From the NCBI GenBank assembly GCA_963693365.1, contig CAVNZM010000001.1, positions 13,502,418 to 13,566,417 of the forward strand: DNA of 64,000 nucleotides, read 5' to 3'. The notes beneath the pieces were generated by a model. It did not search any database. It was given only the letters and a program-made list of their open reading frames with translations, and was not told the DNA's origin. The stretch comes from Amoebidium appalachense. Lineage: Eukaryota; Protista; Ichthyosporea. Position numbers and translations under genes: made by a program. Of the stretch, positions 34,661 through 46,501 are shown one piece after another. Positions within the stretch are counted from its first letter, which is position 1. Every line of letters begins with the position of its first letter.

Positions 34661-35045
34661 TGTGTATCATAAGTTCAAGGTTTGCATGCTGTCACTTCTG
34701 TTTCTTCGACTTTCTCTTTTATTGCATCAGTTTGTGGGATAAAAATTGCTTTTGGCTACACAAAAATTAACAACGGTTCAATGACCATTTGATGTTCAAT
34801 TTAACATTTGCCAAATGATGGAATTTAACATTTACAGCTGTAATTATTCGTAAAAAGGAGCCGAATTGCCTTACAAAACAGGCGTGTCTTAACGTTTCTT
34901 CGACAAATAATAATCCTAAATACAACGAATATCATTCGACGAAGTCAGAATACAGTGCAGAAACGTTAACGTACCTAATAATCCAAAAAGCCATTACAAA
35001 ACACCAACGGTCGCAGATAACCAGCGGCAAATTTGGCCTAATTAA

Positions 35046-37124
35046 TTAAACCCTTTTCTCGCACGGGAGCACCAAATCCTCAATAGCCATCATCCGCTTC
35101 ATTTCGTCCGGCAGGGGGCTATACCGGGTAAACACCTCGCACTCCAACGCCGCCGCCGCCGCCAACACAGCATTAACCTCGTGGTCGGAGTTAACCGCCT
35201 TGATGCCCCCGTAAGGTACAGACCGCACCACCGCGGCATAGATGATGTTTGCGGTGTTAGCCACCTTCTCGATTTCCTTCGTCTCAACCAGTTTCGCCTC
35301 CGCGGCCGCATGCTCCCTCGTGTTTACGTTATTCCTCATCATCTCTTCAATTTCTCTTCTCACTTTCGCAGCCGCCGATGCGGGGGTGGTCCCCTTGTCG
35401 AACCATTGCACCTTGTTTGGGCACTTGTCCAACACGGCCCACGTACCGATGGTATCCATTCTATCCGTCGAGTAGGTGTACCCCAAATCGTCAATGTTAT
35501 TCACCGTACGGGGCGTGGAGTCGTCCGTGAAGAGGAGGAGGGGGTCGTCGAAGCCGTGGGGGATATTTGCGAAATTCTCGCTGTAAACGGTGTCCGGAAT
35601 TGGCTGGCCCTTCAGCAGGGGACGGTTGGTGTTGTGGCACTCTTGCCACGTGGCCCAAACCTTGTCGACGAACGTGTGGTGGAGGAAGAAAATGGGGTCG
35701 TTGGGAGAGAAGGCGACCTGGTTCATCGTTCCGCCGATCTGTATGTGGATCTGTGCGTGAAGACCCTTGTGCAAGTCGCTAAACTCCTTGAACTTCGCCG
35801 TGTTTACGACGGTGTTTGCGACCTCGAGTGGGCCGGGCGGACGCCAGCCGTACTTCTTGTTAAACGGCCTGCGGACACACTCACTCCCGGTATTGTAGCG
35901 GATATTTCCGAGGAATTCATCCATGATGCAAGAATCACCGACACCTCCGAGCTCCTCCAGAACGGAGATGCTTGGGATAACATCGGGATCCTCCTTCACA
36001 TCCATCGTCCAATCCCAGTAGGGGATGGTGATGCATGAGTACTTCCCGCCCAGAGACCGGAGCTGGTTTTCAAATTCAATGAGGAATCGGCGGTGCCACG
36101 CAAGGAACGCGTTGCTCTGGTGGCCGTACGGGTCGATGACGCGCTGTTCGTGCAGAGGAATAACACTGCGGTATGTACCATTCTTCACCAACTCCCGAAG
36201 CGCGTCAACATAGTTTTTTTTTTGAGCAGATGAGAGCTCGCGCCATTCCCTACGTACGCGGCGGCCGTCGGGTGTGACCAGCCCGTTGCAGAGCGTGTTG
36301 CTGGCGATCGAAACGGAGGGGGATGCGGAGGGTGATGGTGGTGATGATTGGGTGGTGGTTGTTGTAAGGATGGTCGCGGTGGTTGTAGGAATGGTCGTGG
36401 AGGTTGTAGGAAAGGTCGTGGAGGTTGTAGGGGTGGTCGTGGTGGTTTTAAGGATGGTCGTGGTGGTTGGAAGGATGGTCGTGGTGGTGATGGTGCGGTT
36501 AGGCTGGGGAACAGAACTAGATGATGAGCTCAAGGTAATGCTTGTGGTATTGAGAGAAGCAATGGACACCTCCGCTGTTTCAACCGGAAGATTGCTGCTG
36601 CTGGATGGAGACGCAGAGGCTGGGGCGGGAAAAGCGGAAAAGCTTCTAAGGGCGCCCCTGGGGGCACACAGAACACCCTTGCCGATAAACCCATCGTTGC
36701 ATGTGCAAGTGTAACTACCGTACGTGTTTTGGCACTTTGCATCTGTGGAACATCTGTTCCATTTCTGATCCGCGCATTCGTTGAGGTCGAAGCATTGGCC
36801 GTTGTATGAGCCGAAACCCGCGGGGCAGCTTGGGTCTTTGTACGCGCGGCGGCATGTTTTGCCGTCACCTGTGTATCCGGTAAGGCAACCGCAGACAAAG
36901 CTTCCGTTCGTGTTTGCGCACCCTGCGAACCGGCCGCATCTTCTACCTGTCTGTGCTTGGAGTGCACATTCGTTCACGTCGTCACATGTGCTGATAGTGG
37001 AGTTGAAGGAATAGCCTATGGGGCATGGTTGCGCTGCTGTTGTGTTTGTTCGTTGTGCGTGTGTGTTGTGGTACGAAAGGAGCACGCATGACGCAGCTAT
37101 GAACATACAAGCACGCTTCATCAT
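35046..37124 (-). CDS. Secreted tyrosinase (type-3 copper protein) with N-terminal calcium-binding EGF repeats and a Ser/Thr-rich linker; intronless, 692 aa
   Basis: Hydrophobic signal peptide; DDVNEC...CANTNGSFVCGC and DLNEC...CQNTYGSYTCTC cbEGF motifs; RVRREW; CuA H...GHQSNAFLAWHRRFL; IPYWDW; CuB HAQIH...SPNDPIFFLHHTFVDKVW. Confidence 0.95.
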   Translation of the reverse strand: MMKRACMFIAASCVLLSYHNTHAQRTNTTAAQPCPIGYSFNSTISTCDDVNECALQAQTGRRCGRFAGCANTNGSFVCGCLTGYTGDGKTCRRAYKDPSCPAGFGSYNGQCFDLNECADQKWNRCSTDAKCQNTYGSYTCTCNDGFIGKGVLCAPRGALRSFSAFPAPASASPSSSSNLPVETAEVSIASLNTTSITLSSSSSSVPQPNRTITTTTILPTTTTILKTTTTTPTTSTTFPTTSTTIPTTTATILTTTTTQSSPPSPSASPSVSIASNTLCNGLVTPDGRRVRREWRELSSAQKKNYVDALRELVKNGTYRSVIPLHEQRVIDPYGHQSNAFLAWHRRFLIEFENQLRSLGGKYSCITIPYWDWTMDVKEDPDVIPSISVLEELGGVGDSCIMDEFLGNIRYNTGSECVRRPFNKKYGWRPPGPLEVANTVVNTAKFKEFSDLHKGLHAQIHIQIGGTMNQVAFSPNDPIFFLHHTFVDKVWATWQECHNTNRPLLKGQPIPDTVYSENFANIPHGFDDPLLLFTDDSTPRTVNNIDDLGYTYSTDRMDTIGTWAVLDKCPNKVQWFDKGTTPASAAAKVRREIEEMMRNNVNTREHAAAEAKLVETKEIEKVANTANIIYAAVVRSVPYGGIKAVNSDHEVNAVLAAAAALECEVFTRYSPLPDEMKRMMAIEDLVLPCEKRV

Positions 37125-37341
37125 AAATGCTGGAGTTTGTGTAATACGTGCGCTTGTGCTTTCCCTAACTGCTTAGTGTGTGCGTTCTCAGAGCAGCTTT
37201 GTACGTTTACGTGCTGGTGACCGTGTATCACTACAATGTTTGAAAACCTGGTGAGCACTTGTTACTTCAACCAGCACACGTGTCTGTCGCTCGCAGCTCG
37301 AAAAATGGTGTCGTGAAAACTGAACGAGGCGTTTGCGTGTC

Positions 37342-37602
37342 CTTATTTATATACCGGGAAGAATGTGCAGAAGAGCCAAGTTCATCCAATCGCAAGGCGT
37401 TTATAGGGGTATTCCGCGTTCCAACTTCCAACGCTTTCGTCGTCCTTCCGCCAAGGAAAGACCAACCAATTAGATTCGTCGCGTTTAGACATCCAATCAA
37501 ACAAAAGAATAACATTGCAAACGATTGGTTGGAGGTCTTGACAAGTAGTCACTTTGTAAATTGTAAACACTTTTTTGTTGTGCAACCGCAACAAACGATT
37601 GG
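37342..37602 (-). promoter_or_regulatory. Putative tyrosinase promoter (TATA plus CCAAT cluster)
   Basis: TATATAAATAAG on the minus strand at ~37342-37353; CCAAT/ATTGG at ~37386, 37466, 37492, 37524, 37598. Confidence 0.45.
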
Positions 37603-38086
37603 TGGTTCGCACCCAAACAAACGGTATCAAGATTCTAAATTCGAACCATGCGCATGTCAAGCTGCTGTGATCACACAAAAGTTGACAAAACTTTAATAGT
37701 CGCTATACAAAGTGACGTGCTGCAAGTTAAAAAAATACCAAGGTCGACCAAGCAAGAGCTTTCACGTGCACAGCCATACAAATATGTCTGAAATGGGTCG
37801 TTTCGGCTACTGTTGGATGCCTTACAATCGATTTCAAAGCTTTTGGTCCGCAACCAAGAGAGAGTACAGACAAAGTGTGTCAACTTTTGTTCACTTTGCA
37901 GCACACGCACGGCACCACCCCCGGCCGAAAGTACTATTACTAACCCCGGGAACGGTGATGAATCATATGATGCCAGCCTGAATCCGTGCCTGGCACCCTC
38001 ACCAGTGGCCACTCCGGACTCCGGAGTGCGAACCGTGGGTCGACTCCCACGGTCCCAGGGCCCCTGTGTGAGCTTTGAGTCATCAA

Positions 38087-38171
38087 GGCGAGATGGCCGA
38101 GTTGGTCCAAGGCGCTAGGTTCAGGTCCTAGTCTGGTTCTCCAGGCGTGGGTTCAAATCCCACTCTCGTCA
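38087..38171 (+). tRNA. tRNA-Leu(CAG)
   Basis: Cloverleaf: acceptor GGCGAGA/TCTCGTC, D arm GCCGAGTTGGTCCAAGGC, anticodon arm CTAGG-TTCAGGT-CCTAG, variable arm CTGG-TTCT-CCAG, T arm GTGGG-TTCAAAT-CCCAC, discriminator A, then TTTT at 38175-38178. Confidence 0.96.
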
Positions 38172-38178
38172 CTCTTTT

Positions 38179-39234
38179 GGCTCGTAAGCGGTTAGTGGCT
38201 CGTAAGCGGTTAGCTTTCTTCTCGGCTAATATTTTTAAAGACACACCCCTCCATCCTTCTATTAGACTTACATTTATTCGCACTTTTGTCTTCCCGGCAT
38301 GTGAATATGGTTTACCCCTTCTCGCCGCTTGGATCAAGAAAGAGAGAACTAGAGCGCTTAAACCCTTGGCAAATTTCCTTGAAGCAGAAGTTGCCTCCTT
38401 TCTATCTAACAACTGTTGTAAACCTGGGCCTGTAACGCTCTCGATATATGGTCTGGTCCCAATAGCTGCTAGAGTATCCTATCTCGCGCTGAAATTCAAT
38501 AAGCACATAAGCCGCTTAAAGAAGTATTTGCCCTCCCACCCTCTCTTCTCTATCCGACCTGTCCCCTCCTCACCTCTCCCCTCTTTCCTCCCCTCTCTCT
38601 CCCCTTCTCCCCTGGGCACAAATACAAATAAACCCCGCAATAGTGTGTGTGTGACTTTGGACTGCCACTTACTTATTAAACATGTACACAATCACAAGAT
38701 AATCACGCAATATAACAAATGGAAAAAGATACCACACGACACTAGACCCGATGAAAGCATACACCTTGAAAAACTAAGCCTTATGTCTCGTTTTATATAT
38801 ACTGACCGCCTCAACCATATTGCCAAATATGGCACTCGCAAGTGTATAACACCTAAATACATATTACCTTCCTGTAGAACTGGTCTTTCTCTAGCTGATG
38901 GTATTATTGATCAATTACCACGCTTTTACTGTACACGTGCTATACAGTGGAGATCTAATAAGTATAAGGTGGCATCATTTGCATGCCCAAACAACACACA
39001 CACACACCAGTTTAACCGGTCATGTATCGCCAAATGTAGTTTGATAGACCACATAATACCGCAACACACACACGTCACATTCACAACAGACACCCAGAAA
39101 GATAGCCTACCTGTAAATTACAACATCCTTGATTTTATACTAAACACGCGTAACTACGACCTGTTTATTAGGTGTATTGATTGGCTTGAGAAACACATCA
39201 CTACAAAATTATAGCGCACGCGCACACACACACA

Positions 39235-39287
<53 letters not shown>

Positions 39288-39319
39288 CCAGCTGATACCG
39301 AGTGTCCCGAGGGGAGCCC

Positions 39320-39356
<37 letters not shown>

Positions 39357-39531
39357 GGGGAACCCCAACTAATTGATTTCTCCTTGTAGTCTTTATGGTG
39401 TCTCGTAGAGAAAGTAAACCCTGATATATAGTCACCACCCGACATCTATGTACGTGATCATGATATACCGCTGAGGGGATATTCCGAGCAAAACCCCCCC
39501 CCCATACCTGAGACTGGTTCTCTTTGCCTCG
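38179..39531 (+). mobile_element. Second, more 5'-truncated copy of the non-LTR retrotransposon (post-RT region, open frame to 39214)
   Basis: Collinear with the reverse complement of 21712-23280; FIRTFVFPACEYG thumb motif; (CA)n and poly(A) in the 3' region; 17-bp tandem duplication at the 5' junction. Confidence 0.9.
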
Positions 39532-40090
39532 AGTAAACAGCGTAAACCCCTGAGTCATCTAGAAATATTATTATTGCATTTTGTGTACACCCCTGCTCAC
39601 CCCTAGGCCTGCACGATATTTACCACGATTATTTTGTGTGGCGCGTGAGGCAAAAACCCCTGGGCTAGCGCTAAGCAAGAGTGTGCTACTACTTCTTTAC
39701 AATTGTACGTATAATGGTGGGATCGATTGATGGTGGTGTGTTGCACCAACAGCACCGGTACCCTCGCTCCTAAAAAGTGATTTTTGAATTTGAAATGGGG
39801 GGGGGGGGGGGGGGGGGGGGGGAGGTAAATATCGACGTCCCTTCTGGTGGTATCTCCCCCCCCCCCCCCCCCCCCCCCAAGGTAGCCGCAGTGGGTCCCC
39901 CCCTCCCCCCCCCCTCGGGGGGGGGGGGGGGGAGGGGCCCACCTGGCCGAGTGGGGTGGTGGGTCCCCCCCCTCCCCCACCCTTCTCCCCCTGCATGCGC
40001 GTGATCATGGTCCAATGATTAAAGGGTCTCCGAAGTTTCCACCCACCAAAGACGGTATTCGCCCGGCCTTTGGCCACTGATGCATATCTA

Positions 40091-40133
<43 letters not shown>

Positions 40134-40734
40134 CGTTTATACTACCCCCCTCCCCGTTTCAAAATCAAGAATCCCTATTATTATAGTAGAGGGTCAAAAT
40201 ATTCGGTGCACAGATCGGTGCTCTATTGCCGTTAAGTGGTGGAAGACGGTAGTTCCCAGTATGAGGGACCCCTAATTACACTGAAAGAGGCCCCTCCAGG
40301 CCAACAAAACGGAATAAAATAATAAAAATATATTGAAAAAATGTGTGGTGCCACTCGGATGTACGTACACACGGCAATGGAGGAGGGATCTAGAGATGTC
40401 GTTGAAGTTCCTGATATTTGCACGTACGCGTCGTACACATGTACATGCCAGACAGCAGACACAGCTGCAGGTATACCATACTAGGTAAATAATCATGATC
40501 ATCACGTGATTGTATGTACTGTAACATCATAGCCTACAGGTACATCAAAGTGGTTCATGATCTTCGTTGCCGCTGATTTCCGGGACACGGTGGATGATTG
40601 TGTTTCCTAATAATGCAAGTGTAGTAGACGTGTTTTGTGTTGTGTGCCGCACATTATTATTGTTTCAAATTGGTGCCGCACGCATGCACTCGTGTGTGCC
40701 ACAGGGTTAAAGAGGCAGGGAGTGTGTGTGTGTG

Positions 40735-40771
<37 letters not shown>

Positions 40772-41354
40772 GGGAGGAAGGTGAGATGGGGGGAGGGGAG
40801 GGGCGGGGGAACGTGAGACGGGGGCCCCCGGGGAGGCCGAGGGGGGAGAGGGGGAAGTTCGGGAGGATTGACAAACGAGAAAAGACTTCGGAAGACTTGA
40901 AGTACTAATATGTCACGTGTATGCCCGTGCCTGCATCAGCAAATGCATGTTTGGCCGGCTCGCATTTGGCTCCCGTGTGTGCATCATGCATGATGCATGT
41001 GTGTGTGTGTGTCACATGTGTGTATGCGCGTGCCTGCGTACACGCATGTGTGTGCGTATGCACCCGTGCGGTGTGTATGCATGTGTGTGCGAGCCACAGT
41101 GTTGTTTTCTTCTCAGACTGGCTGGCTGTTTATGTAGTGTGTGGGTTGGTGTTGGTGTGCAACTTTGATGGATATCGATGTGTTAGAGCGTTGTTTGACT
41201 GTATGATGAGCGTATCTCCATGTCCGTGTGCACAGGTGTACACCCTTGTGTACATTGTGTTTGTGTGTGTGGTTTCACGGTGTGTGTGTGCACAATGTGC
41301 ATGTGGACTCGGGTGGGGGATCGGAGCATGTGCCTACGCCCGTGCCTGCACTTG

Positions 41355-41452
<98 letters not shown>

Positions 41453-41561
41453 ATGCGTGCGCTATGAGGAGACAGGGCCTCCCCTCTCCCCCCGCTTCCT
41501 CCCCCCCCCCCCCCCCCCTCTCCCCCTCCCCCCCTCCACCTCCACCACCACCACCACCACG

Positions 41562-41592
<31 letters not shown>

Positions 41593-42462
41593 TGGTGCGT
41601 GGTGGTGGTGTAGTGGTGGTGGTGGAGGGGGGGGGGGGGGAGGGGGGGGGAGGGGGAGGGAGGGGGGGGGGGGGGGGGGGATGATCGTCACGATGTGCAA
41701 GCTGAGTTTGATCATGATCTTAAACGGCGTTAAAAGGCACCTTCAATGTTAACGGTTTGGGAATGAATTCAGGGAGCTGCTAATCATCACAGAACTCTCG
41801 TGGCATGGTCATGGTACCTGAATGTAATTACAAGTGTGGCATCCTAGGGGGTGGGCGGGTTCTCTCTCTTACCCCCCCCCCCCCCCCTCCCCCGAGGCCT
41901 CCCCCTACCCAGGAGCCAACCGTGCAAAGGTGGGGTGTACCCTCCCCCCCCCCCCCCCCCTCCCGTCGCGTCCCTTCCCCCCCCTCCACCCTCCCCCCTC
42001 CCCCAGCCCCCTCCCCCTCCCTCCCCCCCCCCCCCAAAAAAAAAAAAAAATCTGTTGCTACTTCTTCCCCCCCCCCCCCCCCTCTGGCCCCCACACACCC
42101 ACTTACAAATCAGATTTTCCTTAATGCAGAATAGGGGCACGTATAATCACATCCAGCCTGCAGCACCGTGCTCACGTGCACACCACACACATTTTGTGCG
42201 CACGGCATGACGTGCGGCACGCTCAACCAAACCGTGGCACACACGCACAGAACGGGCACGCAAACACATATATTGTGCTGATTGGCAGCACTCATTCTGC
42301 AGGTGACAAGCTCATAGCTAAATTTAGATACAACTTGAAATCGGATTCAAACCGCAGAGATATACCTTCTCCTGTCTGATTTGGATGTGTGTGCATCATC
42401 TCCATTGTGTGCGAGCGAGTGACACGTGTGCGTGCGTGTGTTTGTGTGTGTGCATCTCTCTC

Positions 42463-42497
<35 letters not shown>

Positions 42498-43796
42498 CTG
42501 CGTGTGTGTGTGCGTGTGTGTGTGTGCGTGTTTGCCTGTGCGTGCGTGCGTGCGTGTGTGTGTGTGTGTACGTGTGTGCGTGCCTGCGCGCGTGCCGTGT
42601 ATAATACGCGCGCGCGCGTGTGTGTATGTGCCTGTGTGTGTGTGTGTGTGTATGTTTGTGTAAGTTCCCGAGAATGTGTGTCCGTGACACTGTGACACGT
42701 ATTCAATGACAGCTTTGTGACATGTGTGCTCATGTGTGTGTGTGCACTTGCAACGTGTGTGCGTGTGTGCAACGGTGAGTCAGTGCATGCGTGCATGCAT
42801 GTGTGCGTGTGTCTGTGTGTCTGCACACATACAAGATGTATGTGTGCCAATGACTGTGTGGCAGGCTGTGTGTGAAGTTCCCAGAGTGTGTGGGGGTGAG
42901 CGCTGAGGGGGTGTGCACTGCAGCTCGCACGTTGTACGTGCGTGTGGGTGCGTGTGTGCGTTTACCTATGCATGCATAGTCACTGCGTGTATGTATGTGT
43001 GTGTGTGTGTGCGCGCGCACGTGTGTGTGGGTGTGTTTCACAGGTAATTTGTGTTTGGCATATGTGTGTGTGCATGCGTGCGTGCGTACGTGTGTGCGTG
43101 TGTGTGTGTACAAGTGTGTGTGCGTGTGTGCGTGCGACTGGTGCGAGTTTGATAATTTTGCCCCACTAAAAAAAGAGTCGGTATGATACAGCATGCTTAC
43201 CAGTTATTGTGTGCGTTTTCATCTAAGCATTCTGAATGCAGATTGTCTTGATAGTCATTCATTCGACTGGCGCACGCCCTTCACCACGAGTGCTCAGGGG
43301 GCCGTGGTCGGGACGGTGCCGCGTGTACATGTGCTCGGTGTTGTTACACGTGTACCCGTGTCAGGTGCCACCAGTGCCGCATGTGTACGCCGCCCACACC
43401 GTCGCACAGACCATCATCTCGCGATCGCGAGTCGCGCGGGGCCGCCCGTTGGTACGGTCGGAGGCCCAGCCACACCAGCCACGGGGGGTGCGGCATGCCA
43501 GGAGCTACTACTAGAGAGAAGGGGGGGGTATGATTGGAGGGGGGGGTGTTCAGCTAACCTTATATGGATAAAGCAAAGTTACAAGGATTCAAGCCATTGG
43601 TTGGGCAAGACCCCTTTTGCCGAATATGGATAACAGATCATACACTGCTGTCCCGGGCCAATTGGCGCGCTCTTTACTGGTCACAACCAGTCCGCGAAGG
43701 CCATGAGCAGCATTGCCGAGCACACTGGAATACGGGAATGTTTGCGGTAACGTAGTCGCACTAGGGGGGCAGGGGGCCAGGCCCCAAGTGTTTAAA

Positions 43797-45186
43797 ATGA
43801 AGCCAGGCTGCCCTAAGGGCACAACACAGCGCCCTGGGCATAAAACAGGCGGAGCTAGGGAGGGAGCTGGGCGCAAAAAAAAAGATGCTGCATTTGTTCA
43901 GCCTTTAGCGAACTTTGCAGGTTTTGGGACGGCAAACAAAGCTGTTTTGCAGGAACTAAACGTAAACGTACAACCCGAACAGCCCCCTCTATCTAAGGCC
44001 GCCGACATAAGGGCCCGTGTAGTTGAGGCAGGTAGCGTCCATTCGTTACCAAGAGAAATGGATCGGGCCCCTGCTCCACACCCACCAGACATACAGGTGC
44101 AACCCGACGAGGAACCTTTGCTAAATGCAGCAGCAGATGCGTACCGGGTAGACGAGGATGAAGGGGAGGAAGAGGGAGAAGATAATACGGACGGGGATGA
44201 CGGTGGAGAGGAGTTTTCTGACGCGGCGGGCGAAACAATCAAGTCGCACCTGCACACAGTGAAAGAGAGTCTCAAAGATGAGAAGACGCCTGTGGGGTGG
44301 CATCTTCCACCTCCCATTATAGGCTTTAAATTTGGGGGCGATCCAGCGCCTTTCTACAAACCCAGATGTTTTGCCTGGCTTCCGGAAAGGTTGTCTCCCG
44401 GTTTCATGGTGCCGTGCCCCTTCGATGATCACTACGTGGACCCCCACAACCACCCCAACCCACACCGTACTTCTCGCAATGGGTTCATGAGCAACCCCGT
44501 AGGACGGCGTGTTATCGACTTTGACAGCTGCTACTACATTATCACGGCCCGGTACTTTTGTGACACATGCAAAAAAAACTTTGCCGGCACAAACCCCCAG
44601 ACAATTAAACGCCTTCCACTCTTCATGCGTGATCAGTTTCCGGCCTACCTTAGCCACCGCAGTGGGCTCGACCTAAAGGTGGTAACATTGTTGCGTGCAC
44701 TGGCAGACAAAGGTGTGGGCCCAAACGCCTTTGCCACCCTCCTCTCGGAGCTCCACAAGCAGCGATACGACGAGCAGCGGCTCCTGTATTACTCGAGGGC
44801 GCTGCATTGGACCAAGTATGAACTCAAAAAGCGTAACGATTTCCGCCCCCACGACCAGCGCCTGACAGAACTTCCCCCAGAGGAGCAGGCGGCTAAGTTC
44901 TCGGCGTTTGGTGACAAAAATGGTTACGCTGGACATGTGCCTTCAGGCAAGTGTGCACTGCATTTTGGGTGTGTAAATGGTCCCCATTGTTTTGTATGCA
45001 CGTGCTTGGGCATTTTTTGGGTTGGCTTGGTAGGGTTTTGTTTTATTATTTTTTATTTTTTTTTTAGGGGGGGGGGGGGGACTTGGAAATGGGTTTTGGA
45101 AGTGTGGTCAATAAGTTTCTATTATGGTGGTGGTGGATGTGTGGTGGTGGATGTGCGCCTGTGAGTGTGCGTGTACTTGTGGGTCC

Positions 45187-45217
<31 letters not shown>

Positions 45218-45485
45218 GGGGGGGAGGGGGGGGGGGGAGGGGGGACATGGTGATGGATTAGGTGGTGGTGGTGGCAATCAGTCATGGTGGTGGTGGTGGT
45301 GGTGGTGGTGGTGGGGGGGGGGGGGGGGGGGGGGAGGGCAGAGGGATCATCAGAGGGGTGAAAGCATAACGGTCCATGTACCAGTGAGTGTGCTTGGGAA
45401 ATCGTGGAGAACTGTTATGCCTGAGAATTAGATGGTGGGTGTGCGCATGTGTGTCTGTGTGTGTTGGGGGAAAGGAGGTGGAGAG

Positions 45486-45524
<39 letters not shown>

Positions 45525-45710
45525 GGGGGGGGGGCACATGGTGGTAGACTGGATCTTGGTGGCGGTACTTAATGGTTATTATAGTAGTGGCAGGAGGGTG
45601 TGGGGGGAAGGGCAAACGGACGTGCAGGGGACAAACTGCAGATGGGGCACAAAGGGGAAAGAAGGTGAAAGTTGGTGCAATGACTTGGAGGGTTTGCGCG
45701 CGCCGGGAGG

Positions 45711-45755
<45 letters not shown>

Positions 45756-46190
45756 AACGGCCGGAGATGGGTGTGTAGCGTTTTTGAGATGGGAAAAGCC
45801 ATACAGACTTACGAAAATACAGAGAGGTGAGATGAACACGAGGGACTAGAGGGAATGGGGGGGATGGTCCTGATGGGAGGGTGGTGGAGTTCTAACAGTA
45901 CTTGGGGTTCAGGCAAATACCTGAGTGCCGTGTATACTGAGTTCAGCGACCGCACGGCAAAGTACCAGAGCCTGGACACGCAGCTCAAGCCCGTAAACAA
46001 CGTGCTCAAGGCCGACCACACCTTCCAAATTGGGAAGCTCACCGGCATCAATGGGGAGCCTCTGTACCGAGGCCTATGGACTTGTGTAAACGAGCTTGGC
46101 GGTGTGTGGTCCCTCCTCTTCTCCCCCCTCCCCCCACTCTCCCCCAGGCCCCCTTCCCCCCTCCCCCCCCCCCCCCACACACGCCCACCC

Positions 46191-46221
<31 letters not shown>

Positions 46222-46454
46222 ACACGCCCCCCTCCCCCCCCCCCCCCCCTCCCCCCTCCCTAGGGCCTTTAAATCTCTTAGGCTCCACATTTAATGAGGT
46301 GGCACACTGTGAGTAGAGGTTTGTAGTATGTGGGTTTTGGGGACAATTCTTGCCCTGTCGAGCAAAAACTAGGAAGCTCCAGATATGTGTGTATGTGTTT
46401 TTGCTGGGTAGAGATTGGGGTGGGCTGGGGTGGAGCTTTCTTTTGGCGGGGAAT

Positions 46455-46501
<47 letters not shown>

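Noticed and set aside
35181-36038. 285-aa plus-strand ORF
   Set aside because: Antisense shadow of the tyrosinase.
39604-39620. hAT-like TIR (taggcctgcacgat) as the left end of the large transposon
   Set aside because: No matching inverted partner or TSD found by eye.
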